NCBI RefSeq assembly: GCF_001194135.2
Contig: NC_068999.1
Span: 40,133,938-40,176,173, forward strand
Source: Octopus bimaculoides
Lineage: Eukaryota
DNA length: 42,236 bases
Reading direction: 5' to 3'
Part shown: positions 1 through 12,135 of the stretch, piece after piece
How the letters are laid out: each line of letters opens with the position of its first letter
Numbering within the stretch: the stretch's first letter is position 1
Position numbers and translations under genes: made by a program
The notes under the pieces: model-generated
Told to the model about the DNA's origin: nothing
Databases searched by the model: none
What the model saw: the letters and a program-made list of their open reading frames with translations, nothing else

Positions 1-5
1 GTAGA

Positions 6-9
6 TGTG

Positions 10-42
<33 letters not shown>

Positions 43-92
43 CTGTGTCTGTGTCTGTGTGCTTGTGAGTATGTGTGTATTTGTGTGTGTAT
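6..92. repeat. (TG)n / (TGTGTC)n microsatellite
   Basis: Read directly from the sequence. Confidence 0.95.
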
Positions 93-679
93 ATACAAGC
101 ATATGTTTGACACACACACGTATACACTTGTATATTCAAGCACAAACACATTCGGATGTGTGTATCTATGTATGTCCGTTTGTATGGTTGTAAGTATATG
201 CGTTTACCTTTTATTTTATTATCAATTTTTGTTTGCTGTCCATTTGCATTGTTCCGAACGCATATTTGTATTGTTGAGTGAGAGTCTTTGCAAGTGCTAT
301 ACAGGTTAATCATCAGATAGACAAATAAAAGAATAAAAGAATAATAAATTCACAAATTAATGGAAGAACCAAGGAATATTATTCAAAGAATATGTATAAC
401 TGAACACTATATTTCAGTATGCGATGCATTAATATCTTGTATCAACGTCCTGAAATTGAATTATTTCATGTCTTTATCCCACTTGTAATTTACAGTACAC
501 TGAAAAGTGATTCTGATACGACATGTATAAATATTGTAGAATATACAGAATACTATGGACTGCATGAATTAAAATTTGAAAATAATGACATTCGGATCAA
601 ATCGACCATACAGATAACTACGTTGTACTTAAAATATATTCGCTTATTGATATATGTATTATAATAAAATTAAAGAAGT

Positions 680-710
<31 letters not shown>

Positions 711-1177
711 NNNNNNNNNNNNNNNNNNNNNNNNNNNNNNNNNNNNNNNNNNNNNNNNNNNNNNNNNNNNNNNNNNNNNNNNNNNNNNNNNNNNNNNNNN
801 NNNNNNNNNNNNNNNNNNNNNNNNNNNNNNNNNNNNNNNNNNNNNNNNNNNNNNNNNNNNNNNNNNNNNNNNNNNNNNNNNNNNNNNNNNNNNNNNNNNN
901 NNNNNNNNNNNNNNNNNNNNNNNNNNNNNNNNNNNNNNNNNNNNNNNNNNNNNNNNNNNNNNNNNNNNNNNNNNNNNNNNNNNNNNNNNNNNNNNNNNNN
1001 NNNNNNNNNNNNNNNNNNNNNNNNNNNNNNNNNNNNNNNNNNNNNNNNNNNNNNNNNNNNNNNNNNNNNNNNNNNNNNNNNNNNNNNNNNNNNNNNNNNN
1101 NNNNNNNNNNNNNNNNNNNNNNNNNNNNNNNNNNNNNNNNNNNNNNNNNNNNNNNNNNNNNNNNNNNNNNNNNNNNN

Positions 1178-1212
<35 letters not shown>

Positions 1213-1598
1213 GGGGAGTGTATTTATGCATGTATTTATATATGTATGGATATGTATGTATATGCTGACAGAAGAAAATTACTGTGCGAAAATTTACCAT
1301 AAACATTTTATCCGTCATCTATATATGTGTGTGTATGAGTGTGTGTGCACGCGCGTGTTTGTGTATGCGTGTATGTGTGTGTGCTTGTGCGTTTTAGAAT
1401 CATTCTCACAATGATCTATGCTGCCAGATTTGTGTGTGTGCGTGTATAATTATTTGTAGGATTCATTTGAATAAAGGTGTTTTAATACTAAGGTCACCAG
1501 GTCGCATATATGGACATATACGTATTCATTAATTTATATGCCCCTGCACTCTGGTATGCAGTTTCATGATCCAAAGTATTTCCAGATACTATATAAGG

Positions 1599-1802
1599 AA
1601 ACATAGAGGGGACAAACAAGGACAGACAAAGGGATTAAGTCTATTACATCGACCCCAGTGCCTAACTGGTACTTATTTAATCAACCCCGATAGGATGAAA
1701 GGCAAAGTCGACCTCGACAGAATTTGAACTCAGAATATAAAACAAATGAAATACCGCTAAGCATTTCGTCCGGCGTGCTTACGATTCAGCCATCTTGCCG
1801 CA
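1599..1802 (-). mobile_element. tRNA-derived SINE (Octopus OK/OR-like family), near full length
   Basis: The minus strand begins cggcaagatggctgaatcgtaagcacgccggacgaaatgcttagcggtatttc (A-box-like). A B-box GAGTTCAAATTC follows (rc of 1720-1731), then gtcgactttgcctttcatcc...ctggggtcgatgtaatagacttaatccc. This matches an abundant octopus SINE consensus recalled from memory; the exact family name is not verified. Confidence 0.8.
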
Positions 1803-3111
1803 TTTGTGTGTTTAAAACATTAATACAATGGAGGCTATGAGCTTGAAGTTGAATTACTCATATTATTGATGCTACAAACAAGCAAAACCAAAGAAATATT
1901 TAACTAATTGGGAGTGGTGTTGACATTAATTAATACATTTACGTTCAAGTACCGTGTTTACAAGAACTCATTACAAAATTCGAAATTGCTTTCTATTCTT
2001 CGGTCATGTCTTCAGTTTGAAGAGCATTCGATATATCCATAATAAGGTGAGTAACTAGATACACCCTCCCTTGAGCTTTTGTAACTTTGGCCTATCGTGC
2101 AACGCATCCTGGAGTAAAGGTGCATTTCATTACTCAGAGTTGATATCTGCCGTGAAATGAAGGAAACTTTGTTGATTATACCTTCCCTTTCCTAATCAGC
2201 AGATGACTTTTGAAAATGCAAACTGTCAATTATATATTTCTGGGTAACCATTGTTCAAATATTACTGCATGTATAAAACCACACAAATATGCGCATACAT
2301 AGCCAAACATGCATGTATATATGTGCGTCTGTTTGCGCGCGCGTGTGTGTGTGTGTGTGCATACAGATATACAACATACATATATCTGTATGTATTTATG
2401 TATTCAATTATTATCATTGTTATCGCAGTTATAATGGATTAGGAAGTATTATTGAAGATATCATGGAAATCTTTTAATAATCCTTCTGACGTCGTTACAT
2501 GTGAATATTTGAAATTTTGATTTGATAACAATATCTACATATGTTTAATGTCACAATGTAAAACCATAAAAGAAATTGCCATTTAGGTTATGCAATATAT
2601 CAAAATATTTTCTCAATAATTGCAGTCTGCTCACAGATATTTCCACGAAAATGCAAACGTTAACATATCAACAAATATTGTTTATTGTGTTTTCGTTGCA
2701 TCAATAAATAAATCTGATTACTTTATTTGTTAGAAGAGTGATCATTGTGCTCAAATGTGACATTAATACAATTTTTGTAATTAATCTAAGGAGAATTATG
2801 TAATGACAGGAAAAAAATATATATTGTGTCAAGTTATGGAATTATGAATCGTATGTTTAATTTCAGTGTTCAAATCGAAGACATTCTTAAACGTCCAAAA
2901 GCTAGCTATTTTGATCCTATCTGTTAAAGTGCGACCTTGAGAGATTACCAAATGCAAATACCTATGGACGTGTGACGTACTAGATAGAGTATTGTCGTTT
3001 TGCACGCTCTTGTGTTTAGCTGTTGTTTAGGGCTATTTCAGTTCTAACGGTGCAATATAATGGTCAAATTTGTTCCGAATTGTTCGGTGTGTACAATTAT
3101 GAGACATTGTA

Positions 3112-3304
3112 TACTTTTGTAGTAAAGATTGTTTGCCAGCATAACATGGCAGTCCTGGTTTAGGACGAATGTTGCTGTACTTTTCTCTAGCTGGCTATAC
3201 GACACGATCTGTGACATATTTTAGAACAAGGGAATTTAGTACCCCCACTCGTCCTAAACCAGGACTGCGATGTTACGTTGGCAAACAATCTTTACTACAA
3301 AGTA
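3112..3304. mobile_element. MITE with ~56-bp terminal inverted repeats and TA flanks (Tc1/mariner-like)
   Basis: Left arm 3112-3168 (tacttttgtagtaaagattgtttgccagcataacatggcagtcctggtttaggacga) matches the rc of right arm 3249-3304 with 3 mismatches and 1 indel. The spacer is 80 bp. TA occurs at both outer ends (3112-3113, 3303-3304). Confidence 0.8.
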
Positions 3305-4479
3305 CTGTTGCTGAATATATCACATTGTGAGATTTTAACATCGTAATTTTCTAAATGTATACTCTTCATTATATCAATCTGTTATTATTAAAATAAGAAG
3401 CGATGATTTCGGAAGGTTTCGCAGTTTTTCCTGTCATAATTGAGCACGTAAAGGTAGGCTATTTGTTGGCCAGCAGAAACAGAAGGTGGTAAGTTTCTAT
3501 TAATTCAATTAGTATCTGTAGCCAGTTTGTCATTCGGGGTGGATAAACTTGGCACCAGATGTATACTCAGGTAGATTAACTTGATCACAACCCCGGACGG
3601 CAAATTAATTACGTTGTGATTACGTGAGAACTCATCCGTTTAATGAGTCACATCATTGCGGGTCTTATGACACCGAGACGATATTATAATCACCTAGAGC
3701 AACGTTAAATTAACTTTCTTGTCAGCAGCGCATATTAAAGGCGATGCAATACTAATAATGGACGATTAATGGACTAAAACGAATTGGAGGATTTAGTTAA
3801 GTTAATGTAAGCTTAGTTTTCAAATCTCATCGGAATTCACATTGCCGTTCAGTCCTCTTTGATTAAGGAAATAAGTAGCCATATCTGGATTGCCGGAATC
3901 TGTTACATTCCCTTTCGACTATGTTTCAAAGCTAAAACTAAGCTTGTGTGTGTATGTGTGTGTGTGTGTGCTTGTGTGTGCATTGTATGTATATATATAT
4001 ACAATATAGTGTACACACACACGTATATATAGTTGCATGTTCTCGCGAAAGTGTAGGTGAGTATTGTATGTCAGCCTCAGTTTGTTGTATGCGTTTAAGT
4101 ATGCAGTTGAGAAACACGTGCACACATTTCGGCATTACTCTATGTCTTTAAAATATAATGGATATTGAATTTCAGGATTTCAAATACAGATCCTTTTCCT
4201 TTTATTAAAAGTAGCTGCAATAACAATGACTTGACAAATATCGCGTTTATATCCCTGTTTGTAAAAGCTAAGAAATCTGTTGGAACGTCATCCTCAATGG
4301 TATAACATTTCCAAAGACATTACGTGGCATCATAGCTGGTCTTAATGTCTGTGATCCGATATTCCTACCACTTAGGTCGTCAGAAGATACAAAATCCACA
4401 AGTTCATAACCAATCTATGTTCATGCGTGCCGAGGAGTTACTATTGATATTTTCAAAAATGTTTAACGCTCAAACTGTG

Positions 4480-4775
4480 AGATGACTAAGAAGATCGTAT
4501 TGCAGCCACTTGTTTTTCGGTTCAGTTTCTCAACGTGGCACCTTAGGAAAATTTATTATTCTACTATAGCCTCCGATCGAGCTATGCTTTGTGAGACAAT
4601 TTTGTTAAAGCTGTCGGAAGCATAGCATATTTGTATGTATGTCATTGTTCAGTTTTATTTCAAGATTCCTTGCCATTGGAGAAAAATCAGGTTTCTAAAC
4701 TAGAATCAAGACTCTTTCATTCAGATTTCAACATCAATAACGAGGTATTTTTGTATTTATGTATATGTGCAGATT
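4480..4775 (+). mobile_element. Degenerate tRNA-derived SINE (5' head plus downstream repeat body)
   Basis: cggttcagtttctcaacgtggcaccttagg...ttctactatagcctc...ctttgtgag matches the octopus SINE head (ggttcagtcccactgcgtggcaccttgggcaagtgtcttctactatagcctcgggccgaccaaagccttgtgag, recalled). The same head occurs inverted at 19055-19166. The extent beyond 4630 is less certain. Confidence 0.65.
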
Positions 4776-5109
4776 TGTATGTTTTTTTTATGTATGTACT
4801 CTCAGGCATATCGTTGCATATCTAGACATGTCCATGTAATATGTAAATAATAAACTTCTGGAAAGTTTTACGTATTTTTACAGTTTCAGGGATGGATTGG
4901 ATCTGTAGTCTTCGAATTAGCTTTCTTTTTTCTGGTTTTGAGAAGTCTAATTTCCCAAGATTAGTATTTAGGTATTGCGCTAATGTATGTTATGTATGTA
5001 TGTACATATGTATATATGTATGTATGTGTATATGTAACCATCTACCTATTTATCTATCTATGTGTGTGCGTGCGTGTGTGTACGCAAGGAAGCATCTAGA
5101 AATGTCGAA

Positions 5110-5490
5110 AATTAGACATGCACAGAGGCCTACTAAAAATAACTTCAAAGATGCTTCCAAAGCTCAAGGAACACTAGATGAGGAGTATTCTAGTGTAGAA
5201 GCAGATTACATTCTGGTTGAGATTAACAAAATTGCAAACTTGCATACTGCAAAAACCATGCTGTAGTATTGCAATTAATAAACACACTAACTGGAAGAAA
5301 ATTTAAGCCCTCCATATGGCTTAAAATTGGTTCCTCAGAGAAGTGCAAGGCCATCTGTTTTAACCAGTTTCAGAAATCTCTTGGGGAACCACCACAAACT
5401 AGCAGTCTTCCACTTCCTCAACACCAAATATCAAATGTATTAGACATCAACACGGACCTTTTCATATTGGATGAGGTCAAAGTAGCTCTC
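5110..5490 (+). mobile_element. Decayed non-LTR retrotransposon ORF2 fragment (linker N-terminal to RT; APE-type LINE, clade uncertain)
   Basis: Joining ORFs 4892-5266 and 5269-5685 across one frameshift gives LDEEYSSVEADYILVEINKIANLHTAKNHAVVLQLINTLTGRKFKPSIWLKIGSSEK...FQKSLGEPP...LDINTDLFILDEVKVAL. This fits the W..IN.L.GRK / F..LLG.PP / I....FT..EV..A pattern that precedes LINE RT domains. Confidence 0.7.
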
Positions 5491-5585
5491 AGTACCCCCC
5501 TCACGCTCACACAGACTACCACCACCTTAATATATTCATTCTTCAATCTCTACCAGATCAGATTTTATCTTATCATTGACCTGCT

Positions 5586-5873
5586 TGAGTTGCAGAGAAT
5601 ATGGAAAAATATTCCGTTAAAAATAACTCATCCATGTTGGCTTGTCACACACGAAACAAACACGGGCATGGTTAAAGAAATGTAATATGTAATGCAATTG
5701 CTGTTATATAAGCGAATATCATGCAGATATTTCAAGTTGCTTAGAGGCTTTCTGAAAAATAATTCGTTAAAATAAGTCAGCCATGTTGGCTTGTAACACA
5801 CGTGTATGGTTAAAGGAATTTAATAAGTAATGCAATCTCGTTACAATTGCAAATATCAAACTGAACATGTTGC
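5586..5873 (+). repeat. Diverged two-copy tandem duplication, ~146-bp unit
   Basis: gaaaaatattccgttaaaaataactcatccatgttggcttgtcacacacg...atggttaaagaaatgtaatatgtaatgcaat (from 5604) recurs as gaaaaataattcgttaaaataagtcagccatgttggcttgtaacacacg...atggttaaaggaatttaataagtaatgcaat (from 5754). Confidence 0.8.
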
Positions 5874-7269
5874 GGGTAATTTTGTTATGGATATGCTCCT
5901 CAAATACAGAAGAGCCGCTTAATACGCAATGACGTATATGAACAAAGAGACCTCGGATACAAATATAGTAACATACAAACGCAAATGTTCATTGACTGTT
6001 AAGCAATAACCTGGTTACTAAGTCTACGAAGTGAGTAAATATGATTCCTTCGGGCAATGCAAACGTGTTGAGAATATTTACAACGGCAGAGAGAATTCCG
6101 AAACGAATGACAAAATATCTTTATTTATATCACACAGTCAGTTTTCCGGAATATCGCATATGTAAATAAATGTTTTGACAGCCTGCAATAAATAAATGGA
6201 TTTCGATATGGTTCATAGAGTCTCTATTGTAATCGCTAATACACCAAACAGTTGATCATTCATATTCTAAAATCAATGCATTGTGCTGCTTACAATAGAC
6301 TCAGTTTTATTTACAAAGTGCATCGCTTATTCCTATTTTCCTATTTATGGCCAGCACATTTGATATATATACAAGTGCTTGCAAATATATATATATATAT
6401 ANNNNNNNNNNNNNNNNNNNNNNNNNNNNNNNNNNNNNNNNNNNNNNNNNNNNNNNNNNNNNNNNNNNNNNNNNNNNNNNNNNNNNNNNNNNNNNNNNNN
6501 NNNNNNNNNNNNNNNNNNNNNNNNNNNNNNNNNNNNNNNNNNNNNNNNNNNNNNNNNNNNNNNNNNNNNNNNNNNNNNNNNNNNNNNNNNNNNNNNNNNN
6601 NNNNNNNNNNNNNNNNNNNNNNNNNNNNNNNNNNNNNNNNNNNNNNNNNNNNNNNNNNNNNNNNNNNNNNNNNNNNNNNNNNNNNNNNNNNNNNNNNNNN
6701 NNNNNNNNNNNNNNNNNNNNNNNNNNNNNNNNNNNNNNNNNNNNNNNNNNNNNNNNNNNNNNNNNNNNNNNNNNNNNNNNNNNNNNNNNNNNNNNNNNNN
6801 NNNNNNNNNNNNNNNNNNNNNNNNNNNNNNNNNNNNNNNNNNNNNNNNNNNNNNNNNNNNNNNNNNNNNNNNNNNNNNNNNNNNNNNNNNNNNNNNNNNN
6901 NNNNNNNNNNNNNNNNNNNNNNNNNNNNNNNNNNNNNNNNNNNNNNNNNNNNNNNNNNNNNNNNNNNNNNNNNNNNNNNNNNNNNNNNNNNNNNNNNNNN
7001 NNNNNNNNNNNNNNNNNNNNNNNNNNNNNNNNNNNNNNNNNNNNNNNNNNNNNNNNNNNNNNNNNNNNNNNNNNNNNNNNNNNNNNNNNNNNNNNNNNNN
7101 NNNNNNNNNNNNNNNNNNNNNNNNNNNNNNNNNNNNNNNNNNNNNNNNNNNNNNNNNNNNNNNNNNNNNNNNNNNNNNNNNNNNNNNNNNNNNNNNNNNN
7201 NNNNNNNNNNNNNNNNNNNNNNNNNNNNNNNNNNNNNNNNNNNNNNNNNNNNNNNNNNNTATATATACA

Positions 7270-7291
7270 GAAAGAGATAGAGGAGAGAGAG

Positions 7292-7328
<37 letters not shown>
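7270..7328. repeat. (AG)n microsatellite next to a gap
   Basis: Read directly from the sequence. Confidence 0.9.
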
Positions 7329-7330
<2 letters not shown>

Positions 7331-7559
7331 TAAGGGCATGTTAGGAAATTGACTTATCTCCTGTACCGTTTACTATTTATTATCTATTTAAGATTAGGAG
7401 AGAAGGAGAGAGACAGAAAGCAATGTGTGAAGAAATTACAATACTATAGATCATATACATTAAATACAAAAGACCTTTCCTCTTGCACTGCTCACATAAT
7501 GTGCAATCCAGCACTGATCGAATGAGTTCGATTTGGTAATTCTTCTGTATATGATTATT

Positions 7560-7768
7560 GTTGGTGCTAGTTCGTCCTAGCTCATCCCTGGATTAGCATA
7601 CCTACCATCAAAGGTTTTTTCTCCAGAATGATCATCGCCATGTTTCAGAAATATAGGAAAGCGTTATCTGTTGAGGTTCCTCCTATTTCCTTTACACGAT
7701 TGAATGTCAGTTGAGAGAATGCTGCAATATTTCCAGTAGATAGAGCTTCAGCGTAAGGGCACCATTGT

Positions 7769-7830
<62 letters not shown>
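7560..7830 (+). mobile_element. Old interspersed repeat fragment ending in an (AGT)~20 tail
   Basis: ctagctcatccctggattagcatacctaccatcaaagg...gatcatcgcc resembles an octopus repeat recalled as ccctgatcgagcagacctatgatcaaaggcattccagccatgaccatccc. A related stretch lies at 24444-24482. A pure (AGT)n run at about 7769-7830 follows. Confidence 0.45.
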
Positions 7831-7832
<2 letters not shown>

Positions 7833-8153
7833 TTTCGTTGCAATTATCGTTTCTGCTCCGGTTTAACATATTTAGGATGACAATTGCTCATTAGTGACAA
7901 TCCTACTCTAATATACTTGCATATCAAGGTCGACACAACCCAGTGTAAGCTATTACAATTTTTTTGAAAGAGAGCAGTAAGTTAAGTGACTTTTACTGTT
8001 GTTTCTAGCGTTTAGAGCTGCTTGCTAAGGTGTTCATACAGTTTCCGTACACTATGTGGTTAATAAAACATTTTGCATTACAGTATTATGTCCCGTAAAT
8101 GCATTCTAATATACTTACTGTATAGAACATGTGCGGAACGCCTTATTTCACAG

Positions 8154-8232
8154 ATTTACTTGAAGGGTGACCACGAGCAGTACAATAACAACACCGCTAA
8201 AACACCCTTGCAAACAACGAAGCCTCTACGTG
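8154..8232 (+). CDS. Candidate 79-nt coding exon
   Basis: Acceptor ccttatttcacag| and donor gtg|GTAAGC. Only phase 0 is open: IYLKGDHEQYNNNTAKTPLQTTKPLR. Confidence 0.2.
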
Positions 8233-9970
8233 GTAAGCTAAATTACGAGAAATAGAAAAGTAATGTCAGTCAAATTCTGCTACATTTTTCAAAAATGCAT
8301 TGCATCATATATTATAATATATTACCAGGCAACACGACGAAGAGTGATAGTATAGGCTGTATCATTTCACGTTTGGGCTATGTTGGTAGAGTGCTAAGTA
8401 AAAAGGAGATAAGCTATGTCTGTTTGAGTTAGAGTTCAAATATCAGCATTAATTATTCAACGAGGTTTTTTTTTTTTTAATAAATCCCAATGAAATACTA
8501 AGGCAGATAAAACAGAATGTCCCATCGGCCGAATATGTGTGGTCTTTCTTAGAAATCATAAAAAAACATTCATCGATATTATTTACAGCCAGTTTTTGTA
8601 AAATTAAACATTAAAGTTTATTATTAAATCATTCATTTATAATATTTAACAAGTTTCCATTAATAACATATATTCACACTCCTTGTTGTCTCCGGTGATG
8701 GAAAAAGCAATAGACCCTCCTATATTTTTAAAGATCTTTTCAACCATCAATCAATAAAACCCGCCTCAGGCTTCACATTACGCTAAGCCTTATACCTGAT
8801 ATGCTATCGATATTTTTGCTGTTGAACAAATTAAATATTTCTACTTTGTCATTTCTCTTAATAGTGAAAATATTGAATATTGATTTGTTAAACATAAATA
8901 TCCACCTGCTTCTAACAGCAAGTATTTCAAACTTAACCTAAGGTCATGCATCTGAAGCAGTGAATATCTAACGCGTATAATTGAAATGAAAGTCATAGAT
9001 GACACGTGGATTATTACTTCCATTCATTGAGAAGAAAATATTTTAACGGCAGATCTGTTTTACAACGAATTGCTGAATATAAATGTCCATCTGTTATCAG
9101 CTGAAAATGCTTCAAATATAGCATCAACGTTTGTAACTCTGTCAAATGTTGCAACGCTTCTGATCTAAAGAACATCCATCGGTAGTGAACAAATCCACGG
9201 CTCTATGAATGTAGAAATTAAAAGTTTCAGTATGAAAGGACAAAATATTTCTAAAGTCATCACTGATCTGACAATGATCATTTGTTCTCACTGAAATTAT
9301 TGTTACAGAAAGTAATTAAATACAACTTAAAGTAACTAGGAAAGTCGATTAGATGTCAGATTAATTATCAGGCTGAGAATGAAATTTCATAGTCGCTACA
9401 ATTGTTCCCATTATTTAACAGCAGTGGAATAACAGAACATTTATGGAATCACTATGTATATAAGTACGGTATGTAAATTCATTCGCTACTATTCCCAGTT
9501 GAAATGCTAGTGAGTTTGACGTTGTGCTTCACCGTTCTACGTTCGATGAAGTAAATACGAAGCCTATATTTGTTATCGATATAATCGACCGTGATAATAT
9601 GACCTTTTGCCAATGGAATAAATCATTATATGGAAAGAGTGATGTAATTTAGTTTAGATAATTCAGAAATCTGGATTATCTTGATGCAGATTTTACTGTT
9701 AATACTTCATGATATGCTGAGATCAGTTACAAATACTATGATTTTAGGATTGATGGAAATACTTCTATTAATATGAGTTCTTAAAGAACTTGTACGAAAT
9801 CGTGAATTATCATACGATAAACTGCTTGCAATATACTTTAATTACAAGTCAAATTTCCGAATTCAAATTCCATTCATTTTGGGCAGTAAAATACGGAGCA
9901 TTGTTTCGTAGGTATGTATTACTTGACCCGTCATGTCGGGTCAGAGCGTAATCAGGGTATCAATTCGTCA

Positions 9971-9974
<4 letters not shown>

Positions 9975-10065
<91 letters not shown>

Positions 10066-10077
10066 CTATACACACAC

Positions 10078-10089
<12 letters not shown>
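9975..10089. repeat. (TA)n(TG)n(TA)n compound microsatellite
   Basis: Read directly from the sequence. Confidence 0.95.
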
Positions 10090-10111
<22 letters not shown>

Positions 10112-11159
10112 TTGTTTATGTAATTACTGCAAACATCATGATTGATTTTCATCTGCAATTTTCCATGCAAAAAAGAGTATCTGTAACGCATCTATTCATT
10201 CTCAAAACTATCCGGGTGATTCAAACTTGAATATTTGATCGTTGTTTGTTTCTTTGCCATCGTAGAACTCCTCATCTATTTAGACGATGAGTGTTCATAA
10301 CAATTGCGATTCACTGGAATTTGAACGGTCTTGTATTTGACGAGCTCTTTTAAGATTCATCGGTCTGGCTGGGTAACTTTTAGGGAGGAGGTACACAACG
10401 AGGTGAAAACACCGCCGCGTTACAACGACTACTTCCATCGATGAATCGAGTGTGTTGTGAACACATCTAGAGGAACGACGCATTCTCTGATAACGAAAAA
10501 CAACAGCGATATCAACGTCCAAATCTGCTAGAACCTATTAAAAATAAGCTGATACGTGATTGCCTGGATTACCGCCATTTTGAGTACATCCCATGAAAAT
10601 AATATCAGCATATCCTGAAATAGCTGTACATAGTTGCTTGTACAGAACAACGACAAAACAAATATATATAATTTTGCAAATCCGCTGCTCATAAAGAAAC
10701 TTTATATAGACGGTAATACATTTTAGTGTATCGGTAACACACGTATTCCTCCATCTTATACATGAACTGGTAGATTTCGATGACTTAAAGGAAGCTCAGA
10801 AAATATATATATTTAGAGGACATAATGTTTCCATCAAAACGTGACCGCTCTGTTAACATTGTAAACAAATCAATGACGTCTTAAAGAAAACTGACATTAA
10901 TAGTTATTTATTACGTGAACCAAAAAGAATTGTTTTTTGTCAAATGTTAGCAGAACTATCGCTAACAAAATAACAAAGAACGTGTGTTATTTTCCATATA
11001 TTCATATTTCAAATTTTGGTTTAAACATTCGTTGCTATTAATAAAGAGGTATATTCCTCTACACATGTATGCACCCCAACTATGCACATATATGTATGTA
11101 TATATTTCTGTGTGCGTGTATGTGCGTGCGCGCGCGTGTATGTGTGCATGTCTGTGTGA

Positions 11160-11433
11160 GGGTGCATGGCCTAGTGCTTAGGGAGTTGCGCTCACCATCA
11201 CGAAATCATGGTATCAATTCCAAGAGCTGGTGGTGTGGTCTGTTCTGAAGCAAAACACCTTCTCTCACGTTGCTCTGCGATGACTTTGACACCCGAAGAG
11301 TGGTACGCTGTGAACCTGTTCAATCAACGTCGAACTGAGGGCGAGTGTAAGCTAATGTGCAGCCCAAATATTTTATCACTCCGAACAAATCATTTGTGCA
11401 AAATCGCCAGAAGAATTTTCAGAATCATCTTCC
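11160..11433 (+). mobile_element. tRNA-derived SINE, 3' end lost in a gap
   Basis: A-box-like TGGCCTAGTGCTTAGG (11167-11182) and B-box-like GGTATCAATTCC (11210-11221) sit at tRNA-like spacing. The body tgttctgaagcaaaacaccttctctcacgttgctctgcga...aaacaaatcatttgtgc follows and runs into the N-gap at 11434. Confidence 0.75.
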
Positions 11434-11971
11434 NNNNNNNNNNNNNNNNNNNNNNNNNNNNNNNNNNNNNNNNNNNNNNNNNNNNNNNNNNNNNNNNNNN
11501 NNNNNNNNNNNNNNNNNNNNNNNNNNNNNNNNNNNNNNNNNNNNNNNNNNNNNNNNNNNNNNNNNNNNNNNNNNNNNNNNNNNNNNNNNNNTATATATAA
11601 GTTAATCGAATAAAAAAGAAATTCCTGAATACTAAAATAACAAGTATGATTAATCTAATTAGATTCGATTAGCTGGAACAAAATGACGCTGAAAATGTGT
11701 TTGATTTTTGTTACTTGGAAGCCATTTATGAATCACTGGGTTGACATTTTGGCAGAAAACATGAAGACTTCTTTTATATATATCTTACAGTTTTCTAAGA
11801 TGTGGCAAATTAACTTCGCTGTTTTTAAGGTTGTACGTCTTCAATGACTATTGCTGGACGATAATTTGGCTGCTTTTTCTAGCAGTTTGAGTGCCTTAAT
11901 GAATTCTTAGACGTGTCCGGCTTTGAAGCTATAACGATGTTTGCCTACATAACATATGGGTGTATATTTTT

Positions 11972-12018
<47 letters not shown>

Positions 12019-12135
12019 TAGATACGTACATACATTCATGCATATATATGTGCATATATACATATAGATATACGTATATATAAATATAGATAACACACAC
12101 ATAGGCACACACACACACACATACATACATATAAA
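11972..12135. repeat. (CA)n and degenerate CA/TA microsatellite
   Basis: Read directly from the sequence. Confidence 0.9.

Noticed and set aside
8360-8460. Possible very old SINE head (tggtagag...gagttcaaat)
   Set aside because: Only the B-box-like core matches, which is too degenerate to call.
9020-9205. 62-codon minus-strand open frame after an AG (SRGFVHYRWMFFRSEALQHL...)
   Set aside because: No homology was recognised, and many open frames of this length are expected by chance in 42 kb over six frames.
9422-9911. Plus-strand splice-bounded pieces 9422-9468 and 9887-9911
   Set aside because: Splice signals are plausible but nothing else supports them. They show how easily such pairs arise by chance.
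11160-11235. tRNA gene
   Set aside because: The boxes are degenerate, no convincing cloverleaf is present, and the sequence continues into a SINE body.
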